Shown: positions 8,420 to 18,815, numbered from the stretch's first letter. The stretch: 64,000 nt of DNA from a virus (IMGVR_UViG_3300011242_000002:1-64000), one strand, 5' to 3'. Numbers and translations are program-made. The notes: a model not told the origin generated them from the sequence alone.

Positions 8420-11032
8420 ATGAACATGTATCCACAACAATACCCGCAACAACCCGGTCAACCCATGTATCAGGCCTATGGCGTGCAGCCCCAGCAGATG
8501 CCGCCGCAGCAGCAGTACTACCAGCAACCCCAGCAGCAGCAAATGCCACAGCAGGGCATGGTAATGGCGAACCCGCAGCTCAATGAGATGCAGCAGGCGC
8601 TAATGAACTACGTGGCGCAGCAGGCTAACCAAACGCAGGTCGGTGGTTTCATTTATACCCGTGGCGCCCAGAACCAGTGGCGTGATGCAGAATCCACAAT
8701 GCTGGTGCGGGTTGGGGCTGCCTTGTTAAATCACATCATGCGTTCCACCCCCGGTATCCAACCGCAGCAGGCGATGAACATGGCGGTGCAGCAGGCGTAT
8801 GACATTGCCGTCATCTCCACGCTGTACACCATGCCGCAAATGGTGCAGCAGGTACCACCGCAGGTCCTGCAGGGTTTGCTGCAGAACATGCCGATGCTCC
8901 AGCAGGTCATTAACCAGGCCTTACCGGCAGCCGGGATCCCGCCGCTGGTGTTGACCATTCCTGGCTATCAGGTTATGACCCAGCAGCAGGCAAACTTCCA
9001 GCCGGTGGCGCCGAACATGGTAATGCCGGGTTACCAGCAGCAGCCGTCAATGCAGCAGCAGTATGCGATGCCGATGGCACCGACCATGCAGCAGCAGCCG
9101 CAGCCCGGTCAGCAGTCGGGGAGTGCGCACAACCTGGGGTACAGCAACGCCCGTGCGGTGATTCCGCCGGCAGGCGGAGAAAACCACCTGGGGATGAAGC
9201 CGGTGGACATGGGAACGTTAAACGTCGGCAGCAACCGCGGTCGCCAGCAGGAAGATGCCAACCTGGGGATTACCGCGCGTAAGGTCGACTACACCCACGT
9301 GCCGACACTGGAGCCGTTGATTCCGCAGCCGGCACCGGCTCAACAACCGCTTCAGCAGGCACGCACCCAGTGGACACCGCCGCCGCAGTGGAACAACGGG
9401 GTAATTGAATCCCACGCCACTCCCACGTTAGCACAGGCGATTCATAACCAGCTGCAGGAGCCTGCTCAAGTCCCATCGTCCGACATCAACTTCGACTCCA
9501 TCATGGCGCTGGATACGTCAGAAGAAGCGGAGTTGTTTAACGCCCCGGCCTCCGAACACAGCGTGATGCCGAGCATGACTGAACTGTTTGGCAATACCTT
9601 TGGTGCGAGCAAGGGCTTCACGCCGGATCCGATGTCCCAGGCAATGGCGGGTGCTTACAGTGCACCGGTGGATAACTCCACCTACAGCCACCATTTGCCA
9701 AACGATCAGGTTGTGGATCTGACTGCCGGTCAGGTAACCGTGAGCGCACCGCAGCAGATGGAAGCTCGTCCGCTCAGCGAAGATGGCTTACCGGATGGCT
9801 GGTTGTTCACCGAGAAACACTACGACGCGCCGTCCTCAGAGTTCTACCACATTCTGATGAAGGCCAAACGCCACAAAACCTGCCCGTGGCCAATTGGGTA
9901 CGATCGTCGCTTCTGCACGCGTCTGTATCGTTATATGGAAAATGGCTCAATTGAGCAGAAAATTGTTGGAGTACCTATGGACCGCCTTAAGCACGACATT
10001 ACCCTTCTCGATACTCCGGTGCCAACCGAGCAGATTCGCCAGGCAGAGATCGCGGACTTCGGCCCGCTGTCGGTGATGAACGTGGGTGAAGCTGTGAAGA
10101 TCATCAAAGATCCGGAAACCACCCCGGAGATCCTCGATGAGAAACTCGGTGAGAACAGCATTTATCTGGTGGACAAACCGGTGTATGCCTTATCCCGTCA
10201 GGAAGCCGTCCTGCTGACCGCCGTGAAGGTCAAGCCATTGATGGACAACCTGAAGAAAGGCACCCACGGTTTTGAAACCCAGATCCGTGAAATCAGCCTG
10301 ATCACTTCCCATCCGGAAATCGAAGCGTACCTGAACAACGAGTACATCAACAAGCTGACCATTGACTCGACGGCCAGCGACCTGATGGACCTCGCAGAAA
10401 CCATCCGCACCATCCGCACTGAAGGCCTGATGTCCGAGCGTCAGCTGCACAAGGTGACCGAGTACATGCGTGACACTCTGAATACCATGTTGCATGCCGA
10501 CTACGGTTATTCGGACGAGCTGGAACTCGAAGAGGGTAACCCGTTCGAAGATGAGTTGGTGCAGCTGATCATGTTCATGAACAAGTCGGAAGAAGATCTC
10601 GACGTGCTGAACCGCATCCACAAGAACTGGGCTAACGTGCGTTCTCGCCTGTGCACCCTGCTTACCGGTAATGCACTGCGTACCGCACAGCAGCAGCTGG
10701 CCCGTCGTTACGATCTGCCGGAGGAAGACCGTGAAGCAATGCTCGCCCAGATGGAGTCCGCCGTGCTGTTACAAACGGCCTACAGCGTGACCACCATGGC
10801 ACGCACCACCAAACAGATGCGTGCCAACGATAACCACCCGGCGTTCGTTACCATGGCATCCGAGCGTCCGTACCTGCACCAGCTGATGACCGACATTAAG
10901 AAGCGCGGGAAATCATCCGGAGCGGTACTGAGCAAGCACTTCATCATCGCCAGCGATGGCGTGGAGTTGGCCTTCACCCAGGCAGGTTTGGGCAACGGTA
11001 ACACCTTCCCAACCTTCTACGTTCACTACTGA
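8420..11032 (+). CDS. hypothetical protein with Q/P/M-rich low-complexity N-terminus
   Basis: 870 aa ORF; first ~350 aa dominated by Q, P, M; C-terminal half looks globular. Confidence 0.85.
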   Translation: MNMYPQQYPQQPGQPMYQAYGVQPQQMPPQQQYYQQPQQQQMPQQGMVMANPQLNEMQQALMNYVAQQANQTQVGGFIYTRGAQNQWRDAESTMLVRVGAALLNHIMRSTPGIQPQQAMNMAVQQAYDIAVISTLYTMPQMVQQVPPQVLQGLLQNMPMLQQVINQALPAAGIPPLVLTIPGYQVMTQQQANFQPVAPNMVMPGYQQQPSMQQQYAMPMAPTMQQQPQPGQQSGSAHNLGYSNARAVIPPAGGENHLGMKPVDMGTLNVGSNRGRQQEDANLGITARKVDYTHVPTLEPLIPQPAPAQQPLQQARTQWTPPPQWNNGVIESHATPTLAQAIHNQLQEPAQVPSSDINFDSIMALDTSEEAELFNAPASEHSVMPSMTELFGNTFGASKGFTPDPMSQAMAGAYSAPVDNSTYSHHLPNDQVVDLTAGQVTVSAPQQMEARPLSEDGLPDGWLFTEKHYDAPSSEFYHILMKAKRHKTCPWPIGYDRRFCTRLYRYMENGSIEQKIVGVPMDRLKHDITLLDTPVPTEQIRQAEIADFGPLSVMNVGEAVKIIKDPETTPEILDEKLGENSIYLVDKPVYALSRQEAVLLTAVKVKPLMDNLKKGTHGFETQIREISLITSHPEIEAYLNNEYINKLTIDSTASDLMDLAETIRTIRTEGLMSERQLHKVTEYMRDTLNTMLHADYGYSDELELEEGNPFEDELVQLIMFMNKSEEDLDVLNRIHKNWANVRSRLCTLLTGNALRTAQQQLARRYDLPEEDREAMLAQMESAVLLQTAYSVTTMARTTKQMRANDNHPAFVTMASERPYLHQLMTDIKKRGKSSGAVLSKHFIIASDGVELAFTQAGLGNGNTFPTFYVHY

Positions 11033-11038
11033 TCATAC

Positions 11039-11065
11039 GCGGGGGCTCGTCCCCCGCTTATGCCG
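11039..11065 (+). terminator. hairpin + TTATGCCG
   Basis: GCGGGGG-CTCGT-CCCCCGC directly followed by TTATGCCG, no U-tract. Confidence 0.65.
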
Positions 11066-11089
11066 ATCCACCTTTAACACGAGACCCGT

Positions 11090-11281
11090 ATGACCAACAC
11101 ATCCCACATTACGGAGGAACAGGCAGCCGCTGCACGAAACAGTTTGGGCGGACACACCCCGGAATTCTGGTACGACATCAACTGGACCGAACAACGGGTT
11201 TACCTAGATGGCGTATTCACGCTGGAAGATCTGGAAGCCATTATCTTATTGAAACGTTATCACATTCAACAACAGGGATAA
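11090..11281 (+). CDS. hypothetical protein
   Basis: 63 aa ORF with GAGACCCGTATG start context. Confidence 0.65.
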   Translation: MTNTSHITEEQAAAARNSLGGHTPEFWYDINWTEQRVYLDGVFTLEDLEAIILLKRYHIQQQG

Positions 11282-11287
11282 TCCACA

Positions 11288-11611
11288 ATGAGAGACGCCA
11301 ACTTTGCCGCCAACTCACAGCTGCTGCGTGAGATGCTGCACGAAGTGACCACCGACATGACCCTGACTGCCCGTGAGCACCGTGACCATACGGTTGTACT
11401 CCGCGAAGTCAAACGTCGCTTACAGGAGCGCTACGGCGTTGATATCACTACCTTTAACCTGAGCCCGCGCGATCGCGTGTACGTCAGCATCGAAGCCTTA
11501 GGCAGCTGCGGCGTTACCGCCCGCACGATTGTTACCCACTTTGCCAACACGGCCTATATCGCCCGTCGCAAACACTATGCCGTCTGGCAACCCGCTGTCC
11601 AACCGGCATAA
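11288..11611 (+). CDS. hypothetical protein
   Basis: 107 aa ORF, GGGA RBS. Confidence 0.7.
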   Translation: MRDANFAANSQLLREMLHEVTTDMTLTAREHRDHTVVLREVKRRLQERYGVDITTFNLSPRDRVYVSIEALGSCGVTARTIVTHFANTAYIARRKHYAVWQPAVQPA

Positions 11612-11676
11612 AAGACGTGCGCCTTCTACCCCGCAGTGGGGTAGAAGGTCGCCGTCCTACTTACGCTTTTTTTTTT
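11605..11676. terminator. bidirectional terminator between convergent genes
   Basis: GGCATAA 11605-11611, stem CCTTCTACCCC/GGGGTAGAAGG, downstream T-run. Confidence 0.75.
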
Positions 11677-11679
11677 GCC

Positions 11680-14600
11680 TTACACGTCGGTAAAGTCTAC
11701 GTCGTCGTTAGAGTTCTTTTCAGACTCTTTCTTCTCTTTAGCCTCTTTCTTCTGTGTACGCTTGGACTTGCGGTTTTTCCCGGTTGGTTTATCGTCACCT
11801 TTCGGTTCTTCAAAGTCCAGGTCGTCCGCGGCATCCGAGGCGTCTTCGAAGTCATCTTCGACGCCGTCTGCGCTTGGCTCAGCAAAGTCATCCTCTGCCC
11901 CGTCCACGGCCGGTTCAACGAAGTCATCTTCCGCACCATCAGCAGCAGCAGGTTCGGTGAAGTCTTCGTCTGGTTCACCGTCGGTTTCTTCGGTGACGTC
12001 AGCATCAGCATCAGCTTCCGGCGTGGTCTCTTCTTCCACAGCGTCTGCTTCTACATCAGCATCGATATCCACCTCGTCCTCCATCGTAACGTCTTCTTCG
12101 GTTGCGTCAGCCTCAGGGATGGCATCACTATCTACGTCCACGTCGTCTTCTGCCGGCGGGGTAGCATCATCAGTGGCTTCCTCTGCATCGACATCCGTCT
12201 CTGCGTCTTCGGTCACTGCGTCTGTATCGTCGCCTTCAACCGCGTCCGTCGCATCATCCGTAGTAGGTTCTTCGAAGTCGTGGTCGGCTCCGTCCGGTGA
12301 TGCTTCGGCAAACTCACCGTCTGCACCGTCTGCTGACGCTTCGGCGAAGTCATCTGCGCCATCGGTTGGGGCTTCACTAAACGCATCGGCATCGACGTCT
12401 GGGGCATCCGAATCAGGTTCAGCACCGTCTTCTGTCGGTTCACCGCTGTCGTCAGCAAAGTCATCGCTTCCTTCCGCTTCGGCTACTGGCTCACCGTTTT
12501 CATCCAGCTCCGGTGTTGGTTCTCCCGCATCGTCTTCGACAGCAGGTTCACCATCAACGCCTTCAGTCACGGCATCGGCTTCTGCGCCTTCACCTTCGGC
12601 CATTGGGTCGCTACCGTCTTCTGACATCAGCGACGCTTCTGCACCGTCGGTCGCCTCGCCCGTAGCGTCCGCGCTGCCGTCGGAGAAGTCAGCATCTCCT
12701 CCTTCACCGCTCGGATCACCAGTCGCGTCACCTTCACCGCCGAGATCGTCACCAGCGCCACCATCACCGAAATCACCATCGCCAGACATATCGCCCTCAC
12801 CATCAAAGCCTTGAGCGTCATCACCCATGTCTCCTTCTTCCCCACCACCGAAGCCGTTATCGGCCGGGTTGTTCTCCATGTCACCGTTGGCTTCCAGCTT
12901 ATCAAAGGCTTCCTTCAGTTTGCCTTTCATTTTGTTGGACAGCTTCAGGTATTCAATCAGTCCTTTGGTGGTTTGTTCATTGTACGCCACCATCGAGGTG
13001 AGCAGCGTAAACGCTTCGTTGGAATCATCGCCCACTTCGCAGAGCGCGGTAATATCCGCATAGCTACCGCTACCCGCCATCCACTCACGCATCTTGTGTG
13101 CCACCAGGTTCTGACGCCACATCTCAAACTTCGAGGTATCTGCGCCTTCAAGCATGTACGAGAGGATGTCGTCGGTAAACAGATCCTTGATGGTGTTTTC
13201 GTAGCGTTGACGCATGGTGTCGTACGCCCGGTTCTGTTCATCCACATCGCCTTCCATCGGTTCCGGTAAGGTCAGCTTGATCGAGTTGATGAAGTTCACC
13301 AGGATAAAGTTGGCCAGCGACTCGTCACTGTTCTCAATCTCTGGATGCTCTTCTTTCAATTCTTTCAGCTGCTCTTTGCCTTTCTTCGATGAAGGCTGCC
13401 ACAGCTTCTTGTTTTCGTTGATGATCTCATACAGCTTGGTCATCAGGTTACCGGACTTGGCCACGATCTTCTGGACCAGTTCAGACAAGAACGAACAGAG
13501 CATGTGACGCTGCATCCCGGTGGACTTACGGAACAGGGCGTTGTTGTTAATGTGTTCGATCGCAAACTGGGTGGCGTTCTGCGTGGACAACAACGCCGGG
13601 TCCACACCCCACATGTTGTGCAACATCTCGAGCAAGCGGTCGTTCCAGTCGCTGTCCGGTGGTGTCACGTTACGCTTGTCGTAGGTGGCCTCCACGTCGA
13701 TGTCGGGGTAGCCAGGATGGCCGCTGGTTTTTACCTGCACCGAGGCTTCGTCCATGATGTTGATCACGTCACGCGGGTTACGCGCGCCAATCAGCGAGGA
13801 CATGGTACGGTTGCTGTTAAGGTGCGTGGTCACGATGGCTTCCACGGTGGCATCCGGCTCCGGGTTATCCGGGTCCAGCTGAATCCCCAGGGTGGTGATG
13901 CTGGTTGACGCACTGATGTTGGCCATGGTGGTGGCAATCACGTTGGCCATTGCCATCGACGCATACAGGCGTGAGCGTTCTAGCAGTGAACGACCAATGC
14001 CAAAGCGGTTGTAGTCAAACGCCATGTACACCAGGGACTCTTCCGGCAGGAACAGGATCTTGGTCTTCAGGTTACGCAAGGTGCGCGCCACCATCATGTG
14101 CTTGATCTCATCGGTCATCCCTAAGGACACTTTCTGCCCGAAGGTACCGTTCACCACGCGCTGCACCAAATCCCGCTCGATCTCTTCGTTGACCTTGCGA
14201 CGGAACTCAACCATCGAGAAGTTATCGGTTGACCCGTTGCGGTACTCGTTAGCCATCGCAATGATGCCTTTAGTGCCGTCAATGGCGTTGGCCGTATCCG
14301 CCGCGTTCTGCTGGTTGTCCTGGTAGGCGTTTTCCGACAGCGCCGTTGACAGCGGGTTACCGTCATTGTCTAACAGGACGTAGGCCCCGATACGCGCTTT
14401 CGGGTTACCCGGCAGGTGCACGGGAATCACCGATTCCGGCGGCAGGTCAATCCACAGCACCGCATCCACGTTCTTTTTGGTCAGCTCGTCGTCGCGGCGC
14501 ACTTCGACCAGATCGGTGGGCGCATAGTCGCGGGTTTTAAACAGCTGGTTATAAATGTCGACGTATTGCTCAGGGCTCAGTTGCTTACTGATCGAACGCT

Positions 14601-15483
14601 CACCGTCGCTGCCGTCCTTCTGCTTGCTCTTGCCCTTGCTGTCCAGGGCTTCAATGCCGAAGCTGCGCCGTGGGCTTTGACTTAACCCCCGCGGTACCCG
14701 AACCTTGGTGGCCATCGCGTTGCGGGCCAAGGCCAGCTTGAGCTGCGGCAGACGCAGGATTGAGTCATTATCGGTGACGCTGACACCAATGTCTTCGGTA
14801 CCCACGATATCACTGGTCATTCCCGGCATGTCACCCGCAATCAACGATTCCAGCGAGGCCCGACGAGTCCCATTGGCCAGGACGTGATCGTTGTCACCGA
14901 TCCAGCCACGGTTGATGAACTTGCCGTCACGGTATTCATCACCCAGTGCTTCCATGGAAGCCCGTACGTGACCATTAATAATGTTGTCCAGCGCCGAGCT
15001 TGACAGTAAAGCAATCGGACGGGAACCTTTATAGAACAGGATGTCCGCCACCATGTCCTGTAAACGGTCCGTAATTTTATAGTTGTTTTCTACGTAATCC
15101 TTTACCGTGTTCAGCATCGAGTTGTTGAGGTCGTTGTTGCGTCCTTCGTAGGCTTCCGAGCTGTAGGCCAGGTTAATGCTGGTCAAATCACGCGGTGACA
15201 GAATCGCGGCCTGCAGGATGCTTAACGCCTTAAAGGCACCGGGTACCGACTCCATCAGCTCTCGGTTGGCGTCGATCGTGGTGCTGGTGATCCGGGAGAT
15301 GCGCTCCAGCGTGGCCTTTGAGATCTGATCCTTGTTCGCGTTGGCCCCGCCCGTTTTAGTTTTCTCTTTGTTGTCTTCCGGTGTCAACAGGCTCAGGATC
15401 GATTGGGACACTGGATCCTTATTCAGCGTATTCAGCTTGGGCGTCTTTGCGTTAGACACCCCAGTTAATCTTTGACCAGCCAT
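11680..15483 (-). CDS. portal protein (phiKZ gp129/SPN3US gp81-like) with long acidic C-terminal extension
   Basis: ILSPRDL, LPPESVIPVHLPGNP-IG-YVLLD-GNP, YMAFDYN-GIGRSLL motifs; divergent from the gp128-like gene; S/G-x-E sites (SME/AL, SLE/SL, GIE/AL). Confidence 0.8.
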   Translation of the reverse strand: MAGQRLTGVSNAKTPKLNTLNKDPVSQSILSLLTPEDNKEKTKTGGANANKDQISKATLERISRITSTTIDANRELMESVPGAFKALSILQAAILSPRDLTSINLAYSSEAYEGRNNDLNNSMLNTVKDYVENNYKITDRLQDMVADILFYKGSRPIALLSSSALDNIINGHVRASMEALGDEYRDGKFINRGWIGDNDHVLANGTRRASLESLIAGDMPGMTSDIVGTEDIGVSVTDNDSILRLPQLKLALARNAMATKVRVPRGLSQSPRRSFGIEALDSKGKSKQKDGSDGERSISKQLSPEQYVDIYNQLFKTRDYAPTDLVEVRRDDELTKKNVDAVLWIDLPPESVIPVHLPGNPKARIGAYVLLDNDGNPLSTALSENAYQDNQQNAADTANAIDGTKGIIAMANEYRNGSTDNFSMVEFRRKVNEEIERDLVQRVVNGTFGQKVSLGMTDEIKHMMVARTLRNLKTKILFLPEESLVYMAFDYNRFGIGRSLLERSRLYASMAMANVIATTMANISASTSITTLGIQLDPDNPEPDATVEAIVTTHLNSNRTMSSLIGARNPRDVINIMDEASVQVKTSGHPGYPDIDVEATYDKRNVTPPDSDWNDRLLEMLHNMWGVDPALLSTQNATQFAIEHINNNALFRKSTGMQRHMLCSFLSELVQKIVAKSGNLMTKLYEIINENKKLWQPSSKKGKEQLKELKEEHPEIENSDESLANFILVNFINSIKLTLPEPMEGDVDEQNRAYDTMRQRYENTIKDLFTDDILSYMLEGADTSKFEMWRQNLVAHKMREWMAGSGSYADITALCEVGDDSNEAFTLLTSMVAYNEQTTKGLIEYLKLSNKMKGKLKEAFDKLEANGDMENNPADNGFGGGEEGDMGDDAQGFDGEGDMSGDGDFGDGGAGDDLGGEGDATGDPSGEGGDADFSDGSADATGEATDGAEASLMSEDGSDPMAEGEGAEADAVTEGVDGEPAVEDDAGEPTPELDENGEPVAEAEGSDDFADDSGEPTEDGAEPDSDAPDVDADAFSEAPTDGADDFAEASADGADGEFAEASPDGADHDFEEPTTDDATDAVEGDDTDAVTEDAETDVDAEEATDDATPPAEDDVDVDSDAIPEADATEEDVTMEDEVDIDADVEADAVEEETTPEADADADVTEETDGEPDEDFTEPAAADGAEDDFVEPAVDGAEDDFAEPSADGVEDDFEDASDAADDLDFEEPKGDDKPTGKNRKSKRTQKKEAKEKKESEKNSNDDVDFTDV
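11800..12400 (-). repeat. degenerate 11-12 aa acidic coding repeats in portal tail
   Basis: DGADDFAEASA / DGADGEFAEASP / DGADHDFEEPTT and DGAEDDFVEPAV / DGAEDDFAEPSA / DGVEDDFEDASD. Confidence 0.7.
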
Positions 15484-15515
15484 TTATAAGGCTCCTTGTT
15501 TTCGGGAACATCCCC

Positions 15516-17888
15516 ATGAATTTAGACTATACGATTTACAAGCAGGAGAACTTACGTTTCGCTCGCACGGTCATCCTCCACTCCACCCGGTCAGCGGAAA
15601 TCATCAACGAACACATGAGCCTGCAGGGTTATACGTCACTTCCCCAGGACAAGCGGACCTGGAAGTACTACATGAACCTGGCTGGCGTATATCATGGCTC
15701 CAACCGGTTAATGCGGGTGCGTTCGCTGGACAACGACGAGATGATCGACTTCACCGCCGAGAACATGCGTATCCACATCGCGACCGCACGCAGCTACCAG
15801 TACGGCAGTGAATACTACAAAGAGCTCCTGGCGCAGTTCCCTGATCAGCAGCTGTTGATTCGTGGTATCCTGAACCCGATCCCCTATGAGGTATCCACTA
15901 CCGCCAAAGAGTACCAGATCATCTGGTACGAAGAAGAGCTGATCCTGGAGGGTGAGGACAACGTTATCCCGCGGCTGCAGGAGTGGATCTATACCTTCGT
16001 CAAGCAGAACGAGCACCAGAACTACATCAACCTCACCGACAACCTGATGCACCCGTTCTTCTTTGGCGCGATCATGATGCACCTGCCCACCCGGTTGATG
16101 ATGATCCGCAACCAGAACATCGGCACCAACTACGTGCACGATTTCCACGTCTGGTCGCACCTGGGTTCCCATGCCGGCCTGGAGCGCTACAAGCCGTACC
16201 TGACCCGCAAGCAGGTGCTGTGGCTTTATCGCAACATTGTCTACCTGCTGCGTAACCCCGGTAAGCGCTACCAGTTTGATCGTCTGATGGATAACCTCCT
16301 GACCGAGCGCAGCATTCCGATTGCCGCCTACAACGCTCAGCACTCGACGCTGGAACTGTTGGAGAACGTCAAGGCCGGGGTGCGGTTTAAGCGCGAGCTG
16401 CTGAATATGCAGGAAATGATCTCCGACGATGCCTACTTCCGCACCACCCGTGAGATCATTGAGGATGAGATTCCGCTGGCCCGGGATAACGCCAACGTCT
16501 ACGAGGAGAAGATCCCCGAGACGACCTTATCGGTGCGGGCTAATCGGAACGCCCAGCTGCCGACCAAGGTGCTGGAGTCGTCAATGCGCGATCTGTCGGA
16601 ATCGGTGACCTTCCCGCTGTCCAACACCATTTTAAACGAATGGGCACGGATGGCCTCGGACAACCGCTACACCGCTATCGTGTCGCTGGTTAACCCGAAG
16701 AACGGCTTGACCATGAGCATGTCGGTAAAAGAAGCCTTTGCCTTATATCTGTACGCCGTTTGGCAGTCGCAGGAGGTAGAGCTCGAGTACATCCCGACCT
16801 TCCAGGCCACCATGTGTCTCAAGCTGCCGCGTCCGACCTTTGCCGAACTGAAGAAGCGTCACGGCTCGAAGTACGTCACCGACGCCTGGATTATGCAAGC
16901 ATTGCGCTATAGTCCAGATCTGCCGGTGATTATCTCAACCGAAACCTTCTACCATAAGGCGGTGGAGATCAACAACGCCACCCAGCTGCACCGCGATCTG
17001 TGGACCTACCGCAACTGGCACGTGGAGCGGGCCGAGATGGAGGCGATGGTCTATGACCTCTACGAGGACGTACTCTGCAGCTTTGAGTCCGGCACCAAGT
17101 ATGAGGACTTCTTCCGCCTGCGCAGCTGGGACCTCACGGAGATTCAGCCGGAGGACTGGTACACCATTGCTACCCAGCTGATGGTCACCGCCACCGGGAT
17201 GGACACCGCCGATCAGCAGCGAATGTCGGATGTGCAAAAGGCCATGCTTGAACTGACGCTGGAACTTAGCGCCTACACCATCCACGTGATCCGCAAGATC
17301 AACGATAAAGCGATTGCAATGCTGGACTACCCGACGCTGCGTTTGGGGGAAGTACACATCACCACCTTCCAGAACCACTTTACCAACCACAACACCCGTA
17401 TCCTGAAGTCCACGCTGCGCCGTCATAGCCGGGTTGATATGGTCTCGACCAGCAACGTGGTCAGTAGCCAAGGATCATCGCGTCGCCGTTGGATCTACGA
17501 CTTGAACACTAGCGTAGGCTCACAGGGGATCGGTCACGCACGCACCCGCTTCTTTGCCAGCGGCGCCACCGCGCGTATTCGCAGCGAAGACACGGTGTTC
17601 GAGCCGGTGGTCACCAACGTCATGCTGGAAGGCCTGTACGCCGAACCTTTTGATGATGGCCGCATGATTGCCGATACCGAGAAGGTATTGAACGGTCTGT
17701 GGGTGGAACCGCCGGTGGTGGATGAGAAGCTGCTCAACGGTCTGTGGCCGGACAGCCTCCAACCAGGGGTAGCGGTGCTCAACGGGTTATACGCCCAGAC
17801 CCTGCCACGGGTGGTGACCTACGCGTCGTCAGAAGTGGACAGCGAAACCAAGCAGTCGCTCGATACCTCACAGTGGGGTGATGCCTAA
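15516..17888 (+). CDS. virion structural/baseplate protein (phiKZ gp128-like)
   Basis: 790 aa; TWKYYMNLAGVYH, VRSLDNDEMIDFT, LWLYRNI motifs typical of this family; synteny with portal. Confidence 0.75.
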   Translation: MNLDYTIYKQENLRFARTVILHSTRSAEIINEHMSLQGYTSLPQDKRTWKYYMNLAGVYHGSNRLMRVRSLDNDEMIDFTAENMRIHIATARSYQYGSEYYKELLAQFPDQQLLIRGILNPIPYEVSTTAKEYQIIWYEEELILEGEDNVIPRLQEWIYTFVKQNEHQNYINLTDNLMHPFFFGAIMMHLPTRLMMIRNQNIGTNYVHDFHVWSHLGSHAGLERYKPYLTRKQVLWLYRNIVYLLRNPGKRYQFDRLMDNLLTERSIPIAAYNAQHSTLELLENVKAGVRFKRELLNMQEMISDDAYFRTTREIIEDEIPLARDNANVYEEKIPETTLSVRANRNAQLPTKVLESSMRDLSESVTFPLSNTILNEWARMASDNRYTAIVSLVNPKNGLTMSMSVKEAFALYLYAVWQSQEVELEYIPTFQATMCLKLPRPTFAELKKRHGSKYVTDAWIMQALRYSPDLPVIISTETFYHKAVEINNATQLHRDLWTYRNWHVERAEMEAMVYDLYEDVLCSFESGTKYEDFFRLRSWDLTEIQPEDWYTIATQLMVTATGMDTADQQRMSDVQKAMLELTLELSAYTIHVIRKINDKAIAMLDYPTLRLGEVHITTFQNHFTNHNTRILKSTLRRHSRVDMVSTSNVVSSQGSSRRRWIYDLNTSVGSQGIGHARTRFFASGATARIRSEDTVFEPVVTNVMLEGLYAEPFDDGRMIADTEKVLNGLWVEPPVVDEKLLNGLWPDSLQPGVAVLNGLYAQTLPRVVTYASSEVDSETKQSLDTSQWGDA

Positions 17889-17918
17889 GCAAATCCTATG
17901 ACCTGATCTTTTTTACCC

Positions 17919-18815
17919 ATGAAGGAGCTTCCTGTGACCGCACCTATTGTGTATCAAGCAGGTGTCCACTATCCGGTCGATCCGTCCCTTCCCTCCAGCG
18001 AGCTGGTGTACGGACTGATCAACTACGATAACGGCACTAACTACACGCCCACTACCCTGCGGCTGTCCACGCCGCAGGTCAACATGGATACCATCAAGTA
18101 TCCACGTAACAGTAAGATCTTTGCGGTCAGCCGGCCGGGTGCCCCGACCCAGGGGTCGACCTGGTACTACTACGACCGCATTTCACTGCCGTACTACCTG
18201 TCGAACTACCCGGAGATCCACGTTGAGGTACCACCGGGCGGCTTAACCATGCGCTCGCTGATCCCGTTCTTTAACGAGACCTTTAACATGGGGCTCGAAG
18301 CGCAGGACGTGCGTGATGACCTGATTGACTTCACTCCCAACGCGGTGAACCGCTTTACCATTTCGACCGCCTCCCTTGCCTGGCAGGATTCGGTGGAGAT
18401 TGTGGTGGAAGCCGAGAAGATCGACATCGGCACGCTGCCGGGGTTAAGCGAGCTTGACCTGATTCAGGTAGTGGATCAGCATCCGAAGACCTACGGCGAA
18501 CTGTACGGCTACTGGACCAACACCAAACCGATTGGCCCGGTGCTGTTCGATATCCCAATGACCCGCCTGGCAAACGACGTCCTGGCCCGTGCCCTGACCA
18601 GCGTCACCGGCGACTTCTGGAGCCACGTCAGCAAAGCCAGCCCGTTCAACCTGTATAATGCCACCGTGCAGTATAACGGGCGCATCGTCGATCAGACCGA
18701 GTGGCCGGGGAATGCCGACAAGGGCTACATGCTGGTCGTGAACGTGGATCCGGTCTTCTGCACGGAATTCCAGAACCCGCTGGTCTTGTATTATAACCGG
18801 GTGCAGGGGAGCTAA
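17919..18815 (+). CDS. virion tail/fibre-associated protein, paralog family
   Basis: YYDRISL and LTSVTGDFW...FNLYNA.V.YNG motifs shared with 18818 and 20557. Confidence 0.7.
   Translation: MKELPVTAPIVYQAGVHYPVDPSLPSSELVYGLINYDNGTNYTPTTLRLSTPQVNMDTIKYPRNSKIFAVSRPGAPTQGSTWYYYDRISLPYYLSNYPEIHVEVPPGGLTMRSLIPFFNETFNMGLEAQDVRDDLIDFTPNAVNRFTISTASLAWQDSVEIVVEAEKIDIGTLPGLSELDLIQVVDQHPKTYGELYGYWTNTKPIGPVLFDIPMTRLANDVLARALTSVTGDFWSHVSKASPFNLYNATVQYNGRIVDQTEWPGNADKGYMLVVNVDPVFCTEFQNPLVLYYNRVQGS

Noticed and set aside
11617-12814. Ser-rich 379 aa and Phe/Val-rich 227 aa + strand ORFs
   Set aside because: Reverse-complement reading of the acidic portal tail (GAA/GAC codons)
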